A stretch of DNA of 64,000 nucleotides from an uncultured Clostridia bacterium (lineage in GTDB: Bacteria; Bacillota; Clostridia; TANB77; CAG-508). Of the stretch, positions 33,374 to 42,195 are shown in pieces. The stretch lies in the NCBI GenBank assembly GCA_947591045.1, contig CANQCV010000005.1, forward strand, positions 7,681 through 71,680, written 5' to 3'. Under the pieces are notes generated by a model. That model had not been told where the DNA came from. It ran no database searches and saw only the letters and a list, made by a program, of their open reading frames with translations. Positions within the stretch are counted from its first letter, which is position 1. The number at the start of each line of letters is the position of its first letter. The position numbers were made by a program, and so were the translations under genes.

Positions 33374-33486
33374 TTGACATATAATAAAATATATGCTATT
33401 ATAATAATAGCAATTGCAAAAGTAAGTCAATTAACAGTTGTACTAAAAAAGACTAGGGGGTATAAATAAGACCTAGTCTTTTTCTG
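33374..33486 (+). ncRNA. Candidate small RNA, copy 1 (promoter plus about 75-nt transcript plus terminator)
   Basis: TTGACA-17-TATTAT with TG; then AGCAATTGCAAAAGTAAGTCAATTAA; then aaaaaagactagg...cctagtctttttt; no ORF. Confidence 0.45.
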
Positions 33487-33600
33487 TGTATAACAGAGAT
33501 TTGTAAAAAATATTGAAAAGGACAAAAAATGTGATATAAATAATCAAAAAGTAATTGCATAAGTTGTGCATTTTATGCTAAAATAAAAGGAGGAAAAAGT

Positions 33601-33927
33601 TTGAATAATAATTTATTAAATATACAAATTATAAGAGAATATTTATCAAAAGGAAAAGTATACTGGACCAGACATTGTTTAAACAGGTTAAATCAAAGAA
33701 GTATACAAATATTTGATGTAAAAACAGCAATAAATAATGGAAAAATATTAGAATATTATTATGAAGATTATCCTTACCCAAGTTGTTTGATATTAGGATA
33801 TACTATAAATAATAGAATATTACATATAGTATGTGGAATAAGCGATAATTTAGTTCATATAATAACTGCATATTATCCAGATAGTAATCAATGGGAATAT
33901 GATATGAAAACAAGGAGGAAAGAATAA
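33601..33927 (+). CDS. DUF4258 family protein (putative toxin)
   Basis: WTRHCLNRLNQR, EDYPYPSCLILG, LHIV, ITAYYPD...WE; TTG start. Confidence 0.8.
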   Translation: MNNNLLNIQIIREYLSKGKVYWTRHCLNRLNQRSIQIFDVKTAINNGKILEYYYEDYPYPSCLILGYTINNRILHIVCGISDNLVHIITAYYPDSNQWEYDMKTRRKE

Positions 33928-34157
33928 TGAATTGTTTTATGTGTAAAGGGGATATGGAGGAAAAAGAAGTAAATTATGTAGTAGATTTAGAAAAAACAAT
34001 TATTATTATTAAAGGCGTGCCAGCAAAGGTATGTACAAAATGTGGAGAACAATACTTTGAAGATGAAATAGCTCAAAATATTGAAAAGATTGTTAACAGA
34101 CTAAAGGAATTAGCTGTAGAAGTAACTATTATAAACTATAAAGAAGAAGTTGCTTAA
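33927..34157 (+). CDS. YgiT/MqsA-type zinc-finger protein (putative antitoxin)
   Basis: CFMCKG...VPAKVCTKCGEQYF; TAATG overlap with the DUF4258 gene. Confidence 0.85.
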   Translation: MNCFMCKGDMEEKEVNYVVDLEKTIIIIKGVPAKVCTKCGEQYFEDEIAQNIEKIVNRLKELAVEVTIINYKEEVA

Positions 34158-34193
34158 ATATAGAAATAAATTTATATAAGCATTTAGAAAAAA

Positions 34194-34303
34194 TTGACAT
34201 ATAAAAAAATATATGCTATTATACAATAGCAATTGCAAAAGTAAGTCAATTAATAATGACCAAAAAAGACTAGGAAACGCGAACATATCCTAGTCTTTTT
34301 TCT
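34194..34303 (+). ncRNA. Candidate small RNA, copy 2
   Basis: Same promoter, same 26-nt 5' block and same terminator stem as 33374-33486, with different spacer and loop. Confidence 0.45.
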
Positions 34304-34459
34304 TGTTATTCACTTAAATATTTTACTATGTAATAGTTTTAAAATTTATATTATAAAATGTAGTCTGTTGAAAATGGTGGCACCAGATATAAAAATGTGC
34401 TAAAATATAAAATACATAAAGTCAAAAAACAAATAAAATTTAGAAATAGGGAGGAAAAA

Positions 34460-34958
34460 ATGAAAATAAATATAGTTATGGTAGAGCCAGAAATACCACA
34501 AAATACAGGAAATATTGCAAGAACATGTGCAGCAACAGGAACAAAACTACATTTAGTAAAGCCACTACGGATTTGAAATAACAGATAAATACCTAAAAAG
34601 AGCAGGACTTGATTACTGGGACAAGTTAGAAATAGAAGAGCATGATTCACTAGAAAAATTTTTAGAAAAGTATAAGCCAGAAGATAACAATATGTACTTT
34701 GTAACAACAAAAGGAACAAATTATTATTCAAATGTAAATTATGAAAAAATGGAAGAAGTATTTTTATTGTTTGGAAAAGAGACGAAAGGCTTGCCAGAAG
34801 AGCTTTTGCAGAAATATTTATCAAAAACAATTAGAATACCCATGAAAGCACACTTGCGTTCGCTAAATCTGTCGAATTCTGTCGCAATTGTTGTATATGA
34901 AGTCTTAAGACAAGCAGATTTTGGAGAATTGGAGAAAAAAAGCAAATATTTTGTATAA
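34460..34958 (+). CDS. trmL: tRNA (cytidine/uridine(34)-2'-O)-methyltransferase TrmL, split by one +1 shift at CGG 34568-34570
   Basis: [14 protein letters not shown]...LHLVKPL-CGG; the +1 frame gives [17 protein letters not shown]...FGKETKGLP...[10 protein letters not shown]. Confidence 0.9.
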
Positions 34959-35053
34959 CCTGAAACAGAATATTTTGTTAGCATGGTAAAACTGTGTAGT
35001 ATAATAGTTTCGTATAAAAAATACAGAAGATTAAGGTGAAAGGGGGGAAAAAG

Positions 35054-35824
35054 ATGAACAAAAAATTAGTAAGCGTATTAATGGTAATTGTTATGTTAGT
35101 AGCAGTTTTATCTACAACAGTATGTGCTAGTGGAACAACAACACCAGAAAAATTTGCAAAAGCAACAAATATAACTGGTACAGATGTATCTGTAGGAACT
35201 AAACCAGTTGCTACAATTTCAGGAAATGAAACAAATAATGTAGTTGTAACATTTGATTCTGCTAGCTTAAAATATGTTGCAGGAAATACAGCAATAGGAA
35301 GACCAGAAGGAAATTCATGGTTAGGTGTAAGAATGACACCACCTAAAGACTTAAGCATTGATAGTTTTGATAATAATATTGGAAAAGGTGTTAGAAAGCT
35401 TACAGATGGTCCTCAAAAAGATTCATGGGATATGTGGGTTGCTGTTAATGAAGATGCTTTAACAAAAGCAGCTAAAGAAGGAAAAACAAGCTTAACATAT
35501 ACTTATATATTCGATTGGTATCATACAGAAGAAGGTTCAAAAGAGTTAGTACAAACTCAAAAACTTACTATCGTTATTAATTTGGCAGGTGTAAAACTAG
35601 TTGATGAAGAAGAAAAAGAAGTTTGGAACCAATGGATTTATAAAGAAGTAAAAGCTGAAGCTCCTTCAACAGATGATCCATCTGACGAGCCAGCTGACAA
35701 ACCAGCAACAAAACCATCTGATAAAGATGAAGAACCAAAAACAGGTATAACTGCAACAGCTATCGTTGCTACTGCAACAGCTGCAATGATTTCTCTAGCA
35801 GGAGCTGTTATTGGTAAAAAATAG
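35054..35824 (+). CDS. Sortase B substrate surface protein (EPKTG), paralog 1
   Basis: Signal peptide; C-terminal EEPKTG, hydrophobic stretch and KK; ATG 35054 after a G-rich RBS. Confidence 0.8.
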   Translation: MNKKLVSVLMVIVMLVAVLSTTVCASGTTTPEKFAKATNITGTDVSVGTKPVATISGNETNNVVVTFDSASLKYVAGNTAIGRPEGNSWLGVRMTPPKDLSIDSFDNNIGKGVRKLTDGPQKDSWDMWVAVNEDALTKAAKEGKTSLTYTYIFDWYHTEEGSKELVQTQKLTIVINLAGVKLVDEEEKEVWNQWIYKEVKAEAPSTDDPSDEPADKPATKPSDKDEEPKTGITATAIVATATAAMISLAGAVIGKK

Positions 35825-35911
35825 TAGAAATACTAAAAACAGATATTAGAGCAGTCGATTTTAACTGCTCTATTCTTTTTTATAAAAAATAAAACTAAGA
35901 ATTTATAACAG

Positions 35912-36049
35912 TCAAAAACAATTAGAATACCCATGAAAATGTACTTGAGTTTGCCAAATTTGTCAAATTCTGTCATAATTGTTGTATATGAGGTTATAAG
36001 ACAAGCAAATTTTGGAGAATTGGAGAAAAAAAGCAAATATTTTGGATAA
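35912..36049 (+). pseudogene. Degenerate duplicate of the last 138 bp of trmL
   Basis: Aligns without gaps to 34821-34958; carried along in a roughly 1.1-kb tandem duplication. Confidence 0.85.
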
Positions 36050-36149
36050 CCTGAAACAGATTATTTTGTTGACATGAAAAATGTGTGTAGTATAATAATT
36101 TCGTACAAAGAAAAGAGTACAGAAGATTAGGGCGAAAGGGGGGAAAAAG

Positions 36150-36962
36150 ATGAACAAAAAATTAGTAAGCGTATTAATGGTAGTTGTTATGTTAGTAGCA
36201 GTTCTATCAACGACTGTAAGTGCTAATGGAGGTGCAGAACCAAAAATACCATATGCAAAAGTAACAAATGTAACTGCTGACGATTCATTAATAACAGCAG
36301 GGGCAAAACCAACTGCTGAAATTTCAGGAAATGGTACAGAAACAGTAACTGTAACATTTAATGCTGCTGATTTAAAATATGTTGATGATGATCAACCAAG
36401 ATTAGACGATAAAATAGCAGCTTGGATAGGTATTAATGTAAAACCAGACAATACTGGTGTTACTGGAACTGACAAAGAAATCAATGCTTATTCTGTTGAG
36501 GTTACTGGAGGTGGTACTACTGTAACTCCAGGCGTTAAGGATCTTCCAGTTAATGGTTTATATTTATACAATGGTGTAAATGAAGATAAATTAACAGAAG
36601 CAGTTAAAGCAGGAAAAGAAAATGTAACATATACCTATGATTTCAAATGGTATCATAAAGCAAATGAAGACGGTTCACAAACGCTTGTTTCAACACAAAA
36701 AATTAATGTTGTTATTAGTGTAGCAGGTGTTAAATTACTTGATGAAAAAGGTGAAGAAGTTTGGAACAAATGGATTTACGAAGAAGTAAAAGCAGATGTT
36801 AAAGCTCCTTCAACAGACGATCCAGCTGACGAACCATCAACAAAACCTTCAACATCTGATAAAGATGAAGAACCAAAAACAGGTATAACTGCAACAGCTA
36901 TCGTTGCTACTGCAACAGTTGCAATGATCTCTCTAGCAGGAGTTGCTATTAGCAAAAAATAG
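36150..36962 (+). CDS. Sortase B substrate surface protein (EPKTG), paralog 2
   Basis: Signal peptide and anchor near-identical to paralog 1; divergent middle. Confidence 0.8.
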   Translation: MNKKLVSVLMVVVMLVAVLSTTVSANGGAEPKIPYAKVTNVTADDSLITAGAKPTAEISGNGTETVTVTFNAADLKYVDDDQPRLDDKIAAWIGINVKPDNTGVTGTDKEINAYSVEVTGGGTTVTPGVKDLPVNGLYLYNGVNEDKLTEAVKAGKENVTYTYDFKWYHKANEDGSQTLVSTQKINVVISVAGVKLLDEKGEEVWNKWIYEEVKADVKAPSTDDPADEPSTKPSTSDKDEEPKTGITATAIVATATVAMISLAGVAISKK

Positions 36963-37088
36963 TAGAAATACTTAAATAGATAGTAGAGCAGTCTATGTTA
37001 ACTGCTCTATTCTTTTTTAAAAAAGAATAGAATAAAAGAATAAAAAGAAAAAGATTTTCTAGCAATTAAATTGCCCAGAAAATCTTTT

Positions 37089-37188
37089 TTTGATTTAACA
37101 GAAAATGAATTTCATATAACTGGTCACAAATTGTGACCAGTACGGACAACCACAGAAAGAAAACGCATATATCTACCATAAATTTTAC
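37089..37188 (+). pseudogene. Possible decayed ORF6N-domain gene remnant with an 11-bp perfect palindrome (37119-37141)
   Basis: Broken frames read FDLTENEF, WSQIVTS, YLP, resembling ORF6N motifs; actggtcacaa-a-ttgtgaccagt. Confidence 0.35.
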
Positions 37189-37249
37189 AAAAAAAGTAGA
37201 AATTTTTTTTATAAGTGTGATATAATAATAGTGTAATTCATAAAAGGAG

Positions 37250-37660
37250 TTGAAATATATGGATAATATAGATTTAGTAGATTATTGGGTTAAAAGTTCT
37301 GATAATGATTATGATGTTATGCTAGATTTAAAAGAGAAAAAGAGAAATACATATTGTCTATTTTTTGGACAATTACTTATTGAAAAACTATTAAAAGCAT
37401 ATTATGCCAAAATAAATAAAAATGCTCCATATGCACCTAAAACACATGAATTAGCTTATTTAGCAAATAAAATGAATATGAAATTAACTGAAAAACAAGA
37501 AGATATGCTTGAAACTATTTCCGATTTTAATATGGAGGCAAGATATGGAGATTATAAATATACATTTGAATTAAAATGCACAGATGAATATACTAATACT
37601 TGGATAGAAAATATTAAGGAGTTGAGAGAATGGTTGAAAGAATTATTGATAGAGAAATAA
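37250..37660 (+). CDS. HEPN domain protein
   Basis: LIEKLLKA, PKTHELAYLA, EARYGDY; overlaps an MNT gene. Confidence 0.82.
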   Translation: MKYMDNIDLVDYWVKSSDNDYDVMLDLKEKKRNTYCLFFGQLLIEKLLKAYYAKINKNAPYAPKTHELAYLANKMNMKLTEKQEDMLETISDFNMEARYGDYKYTFELKCTDEYTNTWIENIKELREWLKELLIEK

Positions 37661-37956
37661 TGGATATTGTAAATAAATATGTTGAAGTAATTTTAGCAAA
37701 TTATAAAGTAAAAGCTATTATTCTATTTGGTTCATATGCTAAAGGAACAAATCATGAAGATAGCGATATAGATATTGCTATTATTACAGATGATATAAAA
37801 TGCAATGATGTTTTTGACGAGCAATTAAATTTAAAAAAATTAAGAAGAAATATTGATTACCGTATAGAACCACATTTAATTGAAGTGGCTGATTATGACA
37901 ATGTTGAAACCCCTTTTATAGAAGAAGTTATTAATACTGGAATAAAAGTAGCATAA
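37630..37956 (+). CDS. Minimal nucleotidyltransferase (MNT)
   Basis: LFGSYAKG...SDIDIAI motif. Confidence 0.88.
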   Translation: MVERIIDREIMDIVNKYVEVILANYKVKAIILFGSYAKGTNHEDSDIDIAIITDDIKCNDVFDEQLNLKKLRRNIDYRIEPHLIEVADYDNVETPFIEEVINTGIKVA

Positions 37957-37966
37957 ATTTAAAATA

Positions 37967-38017
37967 CATAGAATAAATGTAGGAGTGACCATTGGTCGCA
38001 CCTACATTTATTCTATG
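37967..38017. repeat. 51-bp hairpin with 17-bp perfect arms and a GTAG-type REP-like core
   Basis: catagaataaatgtagg-agtgaccattggtcgca-cctacatttattctatg. Confidence 0.6.
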
Positions 38018-38112
38018 ATACAATTCATGAAATTACTTTTTCAAAATATTGACTATGTAAAGAACATATGATAAAATTAACTTTAGTTGAACAAATAAAG
38101 GAGAAATGAAAA

Positions 38113-38940
38113 ATGGGAAAACATAATGGAAAAAGTGAAAAACAACATACAAATAGTAAAGGTAAAAAATCAAAATCAATGATTCGTACTCTTTTGATTT
38201 TAGTAGCTGTAGGTTGTATTGCATATATTGCATATTATTACATAGGCAGTTACATGGAAAGTAAAGAAGTACAAGGTTTATTAAATGATACACAAATAGA
38301 TGCAAACCAGATACAAGAAGACGAAAATAAAGAAGAACCAGTTGTGACGGAAAGAATGTTAAAAGTACAAAAATTGCAAAAAGATACAAATAGCGAGATT
38401 GTAGGTTGGCTTGAAATGAAAGGAACAAACATCAATTATCCTATTATGCAAGGTTCAGATAATGACTTTTATATGAATCACAGCTATAAAAAGACATCAA
38501 ATAAACAAGGTTCATTATTCTTACATAAAGATTATGATTGGAATATTCCATCAAATAACATGATAATTTATGGACATAATAATTCAAAAGATGGAAGTAT
38601 GTTTGCTACATTATTAAAATATGAAAAAGAAAGTTTTTATAAAAAATATCCTACTTTTAGATTTACAACAGATAAAGAAGATGCAGAATATGATGTTATA
38701 GGAGCTTTCCGTTCAAAAGTTTACAAAAAGAGCGATACAAACGTATTTCGTTATTATAAATTCATAAATTCAACAAGTGAAGAAGAATACAATGACTTTA
38801 TAAAAAATGTTAAGAAGAGCGCTGCATATGATACAGGAAAAACAGCAGAGTATGGAGACCAATTAATTACTCTTACAACTTGTGCATATCATACAACAGA
38901 CGGAAGATTTGTTGTTGTAGGAAGAAAAATAAGTAAATAA
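38113..38940 (+). CDS. srtB: Class B sortase
   Basis: N-terminal TM; INYPIMQG, IYGHN, LTTCAY and GRFVVVG catalytic motifs. Confidence 0.92.
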   Translation: MGKHNGKSEKQHTNSKGKKSKSMIRTLLILVAVGCIAYIAYYYIGSYMESKEVQGLLNDTQIDANQIQEDENKEEPVVTERMLKVQKLQKDTNSEIVGWLEMKGTNINYPIMQGSDNDFYMNHSYKKTSNKQGSLFLHKDYDWNIPSNNMIIYGHNNSKDGSMFATLLKYEKESFYKKYPTFRFTTDKEDAEYDVIGAFRSKVYKKSDTNVFRYYKFINSTSEEEYNDFIKNVKKSAAYDTGKTAEYGDQLITLTTCAYHTTDGRFVVVGRKISK

Positions 38941-39093
38941 GATTAAAGTAAAAAAGACCTATTTAAATAGGTCTTTTTTGATGTTGTTAAATTTTACTAA
39001 ATTTTTTTAAATAATTTTTTGATTAAATATAAATAGTTATTGTAAATTTGTACATAATAAAAAATATAAAATTAAAAAGAAAGGAGTAAAAAA

Positions 39094-39810
39094 ATGAAAA
39101 ATAAAGTTTTATTAAGTATATTGTTTGTTGTAGCATTATTAGGACTTGTTTTTACAACAAGTGTAAATGCTGCAGGTACTGTATCAGTAGTAGATATAAC
39201 AAATACAGATACACTTCATACAGGAGCTGATAAACCACAACCAACTATAAAAACAGACGGAAATACAATTACAGTTACCTACAATGCTGCATCATTAAAA
39301 ATTATTGGAGCAGGAGAAAGTGAAGCAGCTGAAGGAAGACCAGCAGGTTATGCTTGGTTAGGTATTAGAATCACAGCTCCAACTGATGCAACAAAATACA
39401 AAGTAAATGGAACTGATGAAACATCAATTACAGGTGGTACTGTTGATGCATATTTTGGTGTAAGTGAAGAAAAACTTGAAGAAGCTACCAGAGCAGAAAA
39501 AGATTTAACTTATACTAGAACATACAGTTGGCTTAAAGACGAAGGAACAGTAGACCCAGCACAAACAGTTATAAAAGTTATCATAAAAGCATCTGGAATA
39601 GCGCTATACAACCAAGAAGACAATACTGTACAATGGGACAAAGAAGAATATGATAAAGTAAAAGCTGAAGTAGATGCTAGCAAGGAAAAAGAAGATAAAA
39701 AAGAGTTAGACGACGAGAAAAAGACAGGAATAGAATCTACACCTATAATTGCAACAGCAACTATTGCTATGATTTCATTAGCAGGAATTGTTATAGGTAA
39801 AAAGATGTAA
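39094..39810 (+). CDS. Sortase B substrate surface protein (EKKTG variant), paralog 3
   Basis: Signal peptide; shared GRP.G.AWLG.R.T.P motif with paralog 1; C-terminal KKTG, hydrophobic stretch and KK. Confidence 0.75.
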   Translation: MKNKVLLSILFVVALLGLVFTTSVNAAGTVSVVDITNTDTLHTGADKPQPTIKTDGNTITVTYNAASLKIIGAGESEAAEGRPAGYAWLGIRITAPTDATKYKVNGTDETSITGGTVDAYFGVSEEKLEEATRAEKDLTYTRTYSWLKDEGTVDPAQTVIKVIIKASGIALYNQEDNTVQWDKEEYDKVKAEVDASKEKEDKKELDDEKKTGIESTPIIATATIAMISLAGIVIGKKM

Positions 39811-39896
39811 TGTATAATGATATATTAGATAGAGCAGTCAAATTTGTCTGCTCTATTTAATTAAAATACATGTTATTTTTAAAAGAAAGGAAAGTT

Positions 39897-40721
39897 ATGA
39901 GAAATAAAAAATATAAGTTTATTGTGCGAATTATCCGTATTTTTTTTATTTTAATATTTTTTGCTTGTATTTGCTATATTGGTTTTTGTTATGTAAGTGC
40001 ATATATAGAACAAGAAGATACTTCGCAGCTATTAAATAGTATAGAACTTGACGACCAAATAATTCAAGAGGCTAAAAATGAGATAAAAAATGAAAATACT
40101 GCTAAAGATACTACTGAAGATAAAGATACATCAGTAGAAAGAATAGCAAAAGTTAAAAAGTTAAAAAAACAAAATTCAGATATTATTGGTTGGATAGAAA
40201 TAGAAGATACAAAAATTAATTATCCTGTTATGCAAGGAAAAGATAATGATTTTTATATGAATCATAATTATAAAAAGCAAGCAAGTCAAAGGGGTTCTTT
40301 GTTTTTGCACAAGGACTATAATTGGAATATTAAATCAAATAATTTTTTGATTTACGGACATAACAATACGATAGATGGAAGTATGTTTGCTGATTTATTA
40401 AAATATCAGAAAGAGAGTTTTTATAAAGAGCATTCTACGATTAGATTTACTACTAACAAAGAAGACGCAAAATATGAGATTATAGGTGTGTTTAGGTCAA
40501 GGGTTTATTATAAAAACGAGACAAATGTATTTAGATACTATAAATTTATTAATGTTAAAAGCAAAGAAAGATACAATAACTTTGTTAAAAATGTTAAAGC
40601 TAAATCTTTATATAATACTGGCAAAACTGCTAAATATGGAGACCAACTAATGACGCTTTCTACATGTGCATATCATACAGAGAATGGACGATTTGTTGTT
40701 GTTGCAAGAAATAAGAAATAA
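39897..40721 (+). CDS. srtB: Class B sortase (second copy)
   Basis: INYPVMQG, IYGHN, LSTCAY, GRFVVVA; ATG 39897 after AAGGAAAG. Confidence 0.92.
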   Translation: MRNKKYKFIVRIIRIFFILIFFACICYIGFCYVSAYIEQEDTSQLLNSIELDDQIIQEAKNEIKNENTAKDTTEDKDTSVERIAKVKKLKKQNSDIIGWIEIEDTKINYPVMQGKDNDFYMNHNYKKQASQRGSLFLHKDYNWNIKSNNFLIYGHNNTIDGSMFADLLKYQKESFYKEHSTIRFTTNKEDAKYEIIGVFRSRVYYKNETNVFRYYKFINVKSKERYNNFVKNVKAKSLYNTGKTAKYGDQLMTLSTCAYHTENGRFVVVARNKK

Positions 40722-40774
40722 AATAAAAGAGACCTACTTAAATATGTATCTAAATAGGTCTCTTTTTTACGCTT
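40708..40774 (+). repeat. 67-bp direct repeat, left copy (srtB stop and terminator)
   Basis: Identical to 41695-41761. Confidence 0.9.
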
Positions 40775-41225
40775 GCTGTTTGATGATTTGTTCATCTATT
40801 TCCTTATCAGAAAGTTCAGTATGTTCTTTTAGCCATTTTCTTATATAATCTTCTGCATATTTTGAAACTTCTTTTGCTGTTTCTATCTGTTCTTCAGTTT
40901 CTTTCTTATTTATCATGTATGAATCTAAATAATCACTGTCTTCTCTAATAGCATTTGCTAACGAAATTTTATGACCTAATTCTTTTGGAAAAATTTCAGT
41001 TTTAATAAAATTTTGATTAAAATATGCAATTACATCTTTATGCCTTTTAAAATCTATTGGAACAGTAGATAATATTGCTCTAATAGAATTAAATATTGAG
41101 TAATATGCTCTATTATTTGCATCTTTATAATATCCTGCTTTACAAAGTAATTTACAAACAGCCAATTTTTCTTTTCCAGCATTTAATCTACTTATACATA
41201 AACCTATTGATATTTTTTTACTCAC
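40767..41225 (-). CDS. HEPN domain protein
   Basis: A.NRAYYSIFN.IRA.L, HKDVIAYF, REDSDY. Confidence 0.85.
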   Translation of the reverse strand: MSKKISIGLCISRLNAGKEKLAVCKLLCKAGYYKDANNRAYYSIFNSIRAILSTVPIDFKRHKDVIAYFNQNFIKTEIFPKELGHKISLANAIREDSDYLDSYMINKKETEEQIETAKEVSKYAEDYIRKWLKEHTELSDKEIDEQIIKQQA

Positions 41226-41563
41226 TTAAAACAACTCCTTCTTTTTGTATATTCTCATAAAAAGGAATGGAATCTATTTCATCATTATAATTTGTTATAT
41301 TATTAATCAGAGGTATTAAGATTACATTATAATCTAATTCTATTTCATAAGTCATATTAGATAATTTTTTTAATACAGAATAAAATTGAGCTGGCTTATA
41401 ATCAGTTAATACTAGTATATCTATATCTGATGAATTATTGTAATCTCCGTCTTGCATAAGAACCATATAAAATAATTTTCTTTAATCTATTTCCCAAAAT
41501 TTTGCTACATTCTTTAACAAATTTGTTTATAGATTGTTGAATATTTATAGGTAGGTTATCCAT
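41218..41563 (-). CDS. Minimal nucleotidyltransferase, split by one +1 shift at CGG 41449-41447
   Basis: ATG 41563 after AAGGAGAG reads ...IILYGSYAR-CGG; the +1 frame gives GDYNNSSDIDILV, rebuilding the GSYARGD...SDID motif. Confidence 0.85.
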
Positions 41564-41694
41564 AAAACTCTCTCCTTCCAAAAATATTATATTATAAATT
41601 CAAGAAAATATCAAGTTTTAGATAAGGTAAATCATAAGAATACACGGAAATAAATATTAAGAACGGTAATAGACAAGTTATTTAAAAAACTATT

Positions 41695-41761
41695 GAAATA
41701 AGAAATAAAATAAAAGAGACCTACTTAAATATGTATCTAAATAGGTCTCTTTTTTACGCTT
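41695..41761 (+). repeat. 67-bp direct repeat, right copy
   Basis: Identical to 40708-40774. Confidence 0.9.
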
Positions 41762-41810
41762 TTCGTAAAGATACATTCGAAAACATACATTTACAAGTAT
41801 AACGCAAAAA

Positions 41811-42014
41811 CTATTTCATTTGGCTTTCAGCTTGTTGGATTAATTTTCTTACCATGTTACCACCGATTCTACCAGCGTCTTTTGAAGATAAATCTCCATT
41901 GTAACCTTGTTTTAAATTAACACCAACTTCGTTAGCTACTTCATATTTGAATTTGTTTAGAGCTTCTTTAGCTTCTGGAACAACTTTTTCATTGCTGTTT
42001 GTCATGTTTTTCAC
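41811..42014 (-). CDS. Alpha/beta-type small acid-soluble spore protein
   Basis: VPEAKEALNKFKYEVANEVGV...GDLSSKDAGRIGGNMV. Confidence 0.93.
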   Translation of the reverse strand: MKNMTNSNEKVVPEAKEALNKFKYEVANEVGVNLKQGYNGDLSSKDAGRIGGNMVRKLIQQAESQMK

Positions 42015-42195
42015 CTCCTAGAATGTGATACTTATTTTTCTACTTCGAAAAAACATCCTTGCTTTTTCAATATATATATTGTGCTAGTTTAATTTTTTTA
42101 AACTGGAAATTTTTGAGAAGATATTGTAAAAAAAGATAAAAATGATATAATAAAATCGAAAAAAGGGAATATAATAATTAATAGAGGAAAAATTT

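Noticed and set aside
33374-34303. tRNA or known riboswitch for the twin short units
   Set aside because: No cloverleaf, T-loop or CCA end, and no aptamer motif I recognise; kept only as sRNA candidates
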